The notes beneath the pieces were generated by a model, which was given only the letters and a program-made list of their open reading frames with translations, did no database searches and was not told where the DNA came from. A DNA stretch of 64,000 bases, taken from Paraburkholderia sp. Its GTDB lineage: Bacteria; Pseudomonadota; Gammaproteobacteria; Burkholderiales; Burkholderiaceae. A program made the translations under genes and the position numbers. The stretch's first letter is position 1. The number at the start of each line of letters is the position of its first letter. The DNA is taken from positions 10,144-74,143 of the forward strand of contig NZ_JBOIGG010000017.1 of the NCBI RefSeq assembly GCF_050742655.1. The letters are read 5' to 3'. Below, piece by piece: positions 60,535 through 64,000 of this stretch.

Positions 60535-61818
60535 ATGCGGAAAATGCGCTGGGTGGTGATCCTGTTCTGCTTCCTCGCGATCGCGGTGAACTATATCGAT
60601 CGCGCAAACCTTGCGGTCGCGGCCCCGCAGATCGAGAAGGCGCTCGGCATCGGACCCGCTGAGATGGGCCTCGTGCTGAGCGGCTTCTTCTGGACCTACG
60701 CGCTGATGCAGATGCCGTTCGGCTGGTTCGTCGACCGCGTCGGCGCGCGGGTCGCGCTGCCGCTCGCGGTGGGCTGGTGGTCGGTATTCACGGCGGCGAC
60801 CGCGGGTGCGTCGAGCGTGATGTCGATGTTCGGCTGCCGGCTGATGCTCGGCATCGGCGAAGCGGGCGCGTATCCGTCGTGCGCGAAGCTCGTCAGCCAG
60901 TGGTTCAAGCCCGCGCAGCGCGCGCTTGCGACCAGCATCTTCGACAGCGGCTCGCGGGTCGGCTCGGCGCTGTCGATTCCGGTCGTCGCGTTGATCATCG
61001 GCACGCTCGGCTGGAAGGCATCCTTCGTCGTGACCGGGCTGCTCGGCGCGGTATGGATCGTCGGCTGGCTGGCGATCTACCGCAGCCCCGCGCATGGCGA
61101 CATGACCGGCGAACGCGACGTCGTGCCCGAGCCGCATGTGCGCCACGCCGGCGACGCGTCGTGGGCCTCGCTGTTCCGCCACCGGACGATGTGGGGGATG
61201 ATGCTCGGCTTCTTCTGCCTGAACTTCGTGATCTATTTCTTCATCACGTGGTTTCCGAGCTATCTGGTGCAGACGCGCGGCTTTTCGCTGAAGTCGCTCG
61301 GCACGCTCGGCATGGTGCCTGCGCTGATCTCGATCCCCGGCGGCTGGCTCGGCGGCTATGTGTCCGACGCGCTCTACCGGCGCGGCTGGAGCCTCACCGC
61401 TTCGCGCAAGACGTGCATGGTCGGCGGCATGCTGATGTCGTCGGTGATCACGTTGTCGGCGTTCACGTCGGACGTGTACCTGATGCTCGCGTTCTTCGGC
61501 ATCGCGTACGGCAGTCTCGCATTCGCCGCCGCCAGCATCTGGTCGCTGCCCGCCGACGTCGCGCCGACGCCGCGGCACGTCGCATCGATCGGCGGCATCC
61601 AGAACTTCGCATCGAACCTCGCGGGCATCGTCATCACGACGTTCACCGGCCTGATGGTCGCGATGACGAAAGGCTCGTTCACGATTCCGCTGGTCGTCGC
61701 GGGCGGCTTCTGTTTTCTCGGTGCGTTCAGTTACCTCTTCGTCGTCGGGCGGATCGAACCGCTGCCGGCGCACCCCGGGCAGAACGACGAGACGAAGGCG
61801 GCGCGCTCACCGGTGTAA
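60535..61818 (+). CDS. MFS transporter (ACS/hexuronate-like)
   Basis: VNYIDRANLAVA, GIGEAGAYP and TWFPSYL motifs. GGAGGAG Shine-Dalgarno. Confidence 0.9.
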   Translation: MRKMRWVVILFCFLAIAVNYIDRANLAVAAPQIEKALGIGPAEMGLVLSGFFWTYALMQMPFGWFVDRVGARVALPLAVGWWSVFTAATAGASSVMSMFGCRLMLGIGEAGAYPSCAKLVSQWFKPAQRALATSIFDSGSRVGSALSIPVVALIIGTLGWKASFVVTGLLGAVWIVGWLAIYRSPAHGDMTGERDVVPEPHVRHAGDASWASLFRHRTMWGMMLGFFCLNFVIYFFITWFPSYLVQTRGFSLKSLGTLGMVPALISIPGGWLGGYVSDALYRRGWSLTASRKTCMVGGMLMSSVITLSAFTSDVYLMLAFFGIAYGSLAFAAASIWSLPADVAPTPRHVASIGGIQNFASNLAGIVITTFTGLMVAMTKGSFTIPLVVAGGFCFLGAFSYLFVVGRIEPLPAHPGQNDETKAARSPV

Positions 61819-62011
61819 CGCAGTCAGAGGCAGAACGAATTCGTGCAGTGGCAGGTGGGTGCGATTACCTGAATCTGAGTCCACGCGCGGGTAGCCCGTT
61901 TGCCGCTCCGGCGCACCGATGGGACAATGGCGGCCTCGCACGTCCCGGCGCGGGGCTACCAAGCTCGCCGTGGCGCCGTGTCACCGCCCTCGCCGTCTGC
62001 TCCGTTTCCCG

Positions 62012-63292
62012 ATGTCATCGATCAGCACACCGCTTTCCGTTTCCGCCGCCGTGATCGGCGCGGGCCCCGCCGGGCTGATGGCCGCCGAAGCGCTGAGCCG
62101 CCGCGGCGTCACCGTCGACGTCTATGACGCGATGCCTTCGGCCGGACGCAAATTCCTGATGGCCGGCAAAGGCGGGATGAACATCACGCATTCGGAACCG
62201 CTCGAACAGTTCGTCGAGCGCTATGGTGTGCGCCGCGCACAGATCGCGCCGCTGCTCGACGGCTTCGGCCCCGATGCGCTGCGCGACTGGCTGCGCGCGC
62301 TCGGCGTCGAAACATTTGTCGGCAGTTCGGGACGCGTCTTCCCCACCGACATGAAAGCCGCGCCGATGCTGCGCGCGTGGCTCCATCGCCTGAAGGAAAG
62401 CGGCGTACGCTTCCACATGCGGCATCGCTGGACCGGCTGGGAAACCTTCATGGAGGACGGCGCGGATCGTCACACGCTGCGCTTTACGACACCCGACGGC
62501 GAACGGCACGTCACAGCCGACGCGCTCGTGCTCGCAACCGGCGGCGCGAGCTGGCCGCGGCTCGGCTCGGACGCATCGTGGGTACCGCTCGTCACCGCGC
62601 ACAGCGTCCCGGTTGCGCCGCTGCAGCCGGCCAACTGCGGATTCGACGCGCCGTGGAGCGACTATTTCCGAGAGCGCTTCGCCGGGCAACCGCTCAAATC
62701 CGTCGCGCTCACCGTCACCGATATGGACAAAAAAGTCCATTATCGAAAAGGTGAGTTCATTTTGACGGCGACCGGCGTTGAGGGGAGTTTAATTTACGCG
62801 CTGTCCTCACCGATCCGCGAGCGGCTGCTGGCCGACGGCGAGGTCACCGTCCATCTGGATCTCGCGCCTGGCTTGACCGTTGCGCGGGTCGAGCAGGAAG
62901 TCGGTCGGCCGCGGGGTTCGCGTTCGCTGTCGACGCATCTGCAGGGGCGCGTCGGCATCGCCGGCGCGAAGTTCGGGCTGCTGCGCGAGTGTCTGTCGAA
63001 AGAAGCGTTCACCGACACGGCGCAACTCGCACGCGCGATCAAGGCGCTGCCGCTGCGGCTGACCGCCGCGCGACCGATCGAAGAAGCGATCAGCAGCGCG
63101 GGCGGCGTGCCGTTCGAGGCACTCGACGCCGACCTGATGATCCGCAGCGTGCCCGGCGCATTCTGCGCGGGCGAGATGCTCGACTGGGAGGCGCCGACGG
63201 GCGGCTATCTGCTCACCGCATGCTTCGCGACCGGCCGTACCGCCGGCGAAGGCGCGGCCGCATATCTTGCGCGTAATCTCGCGCGCAGTTAG
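62012..63292 (+). CDS. BaiN/HI0933-family flavoprotein
   Basis: VIGAGPAGL, GRKFLMAGKGG.NIT, GSSGRVFP, AISSAGGV and GEMLDW.APTGGY motifs. Start moved to ATG 62012. Confidence 0.92.
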   Translation: MSSISTPLSVSAAVIGAGPAGLMAAEALSRRGVTVDVYDAMPSAGRKFLMAGKGGMNITHSEPLEQFVERYGVRRAQIAPLLDGFGPDALRDWLRALGVETFVGSSGRVFPTDMKAAPMLRAWLHRLKESGVRFHMRHRWTGWETFMEDGADRHTLRFTTPDGERHVTADALVLATGGASWPRLGSDASWVPLVTAHSVPVAPLQPANCGFDAPWSDYFRERFAGQPLKSVALTVTDMDKKVHYRKGEFILTATGVEGSLIYALSSPIRERLLADGEVTVHLDLAPGLTVARVEQEVGRPRGSRSLSTHLQGRVGIAGAKFGLLRECLSKEAFTDTAQLARAIKALPLRLTAARPIEEAISSAGGVPFEALDADLMIRSVPGAFCAGEMLDWEAPTGGYLLTACFATGRTAGEGAAAYLARNLARS

Positions 63293-64000
63293 CGCGCCTT
63301 CAACCGCCACAGGAACGTGATCTCGGCGGATCGTGCTGCATGCAGCGGATCGGTCGCATCCTTCGACTTCGGATGGCGCGGACGGATGAGGTCGCGCGAA
63401 ATCTCCTCGAGCCCCGCCGCGGCGATCGCCTCGAGCAGCGCGGCACGCGTGCGCAGCCCGAGATGTTCGGCGAAGTCCGACAAGATCAGCCAGCCTTCGC
63501 CGCCCGGCTCGAGATGCGCGGCGAGACCGTCGAGAAAACCGAGCAGCATGCGACTGTCCGGATCGAACACCGCATGCTCGACGGGCGACGCGGGCCGCGC
63601 CGGCACCCACGGCGGATTGCAGACGATGAGCGGCGCGCGGCCCGGCGGAAACAGATCGGCCTCGACCACCTGCACCTGCCGGCTATAGCCGAGTCGTTCG
63701 AGATTTTCCCGCGCACACGCGAGCGCGCGCGGATCCTGATCGGTGGCGACGACGCGCTTCACGCCCCGCTTCGCGAGCAAGGCCGCGAGCACACCGGTGC
63801 CCGTGCCGATGTCGAATGCGAGGTCAAGCGAAGGCAGCGGCGCGCGCGCGACCAGATCGAGGTATTCGCCGCGCACCGGCGAGAACACGCCGTAGTACGG
63901 ATGAATGCGGTCGCCGAGCACCGCGACCTCGATGCCCTTCTTGCGCCACTCGTGCGCACCGACCAGTCCCAGCAACTCGCGCAACGACACGACCGACGCT
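63289..64000 (-). CDS. class I SAM-dependent methyltransferase (5' end outside window)
   Basis: FDIGTGTGVL and CNPPW motifs. The frame stays open to the window edge. Confidence 0.88.
   Translation of the reverse strand, partial: ASVVSLRELLGLVGAHEWRKKGIEVAVLGDRIHPYYGVFSPVRGEYLDLVARAPLPSLDLAFDIGTGTGVLAALLAKRGVKRVVATDQDPRALACARENLERLGYSRQVQVVEADLFPPGRAPLIVCNPPWVPARPASPVEHAVFDPDSRMLLGFLDGLAAHLEPGGEGWLILSDFAEHLGLRTRAALLEAIAAAGLEEISRDLIRPRHPKSKDATDPLHAARSAEITFLWRLKAR

Overview
GC-rich Burkholderiaceae (Paraburkholderia/Caballeronia-like) chromosomal window. The backbone is housekeeping: end of gph, trpE-G-D-C preceded by an unlisted Trp-rich leader peptide, CYTH, ung, azoR, M61 peptidase, dsbC, a ubiH-family hydroxylase, ychF, ugpBAEC, ettA, pepP, hemA-prfA-prmC, grxD, ubiX, cspA, and several MFS/regulator modules. 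Two accessory modules flank ychF. On the left (10961-12333) is an orphan T6SS cassette: PAAR, a Tae4-type amidase effector, and an atypical 76-aa two-TM candidate immunity gene. On the right (14643-27872) is the most interesting part. It is a six-gene minus-strand operon: a stand-alone NRPS-like A-T-R reductase, an aldo/keto reductase, a sulfotransferase-like protein, a lone HK97-fold capsid-like gene (best read as a family 3 natural-product encapsulin), an MFS transporter and an adenylyl-sulfate kinase. A regulator-less tripartite efflux pump lies divergent from it. This looks like a nanocompartment-associated pathway for a small reduced and sulfated amino-acid-derived metabolite; the product is unknown. 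A degenerate 18-bp direct repeat and a decayed FAD-oxidoreductase fragment mark possible insertion boundaries. No rRNA, tRNA, CRISPR array, integrase or transposase was recognised. All family calls come from motif recognition by eye, not database searches. Start codons were often moved from the ORF-track starts to a better-supported ATG/GTG.
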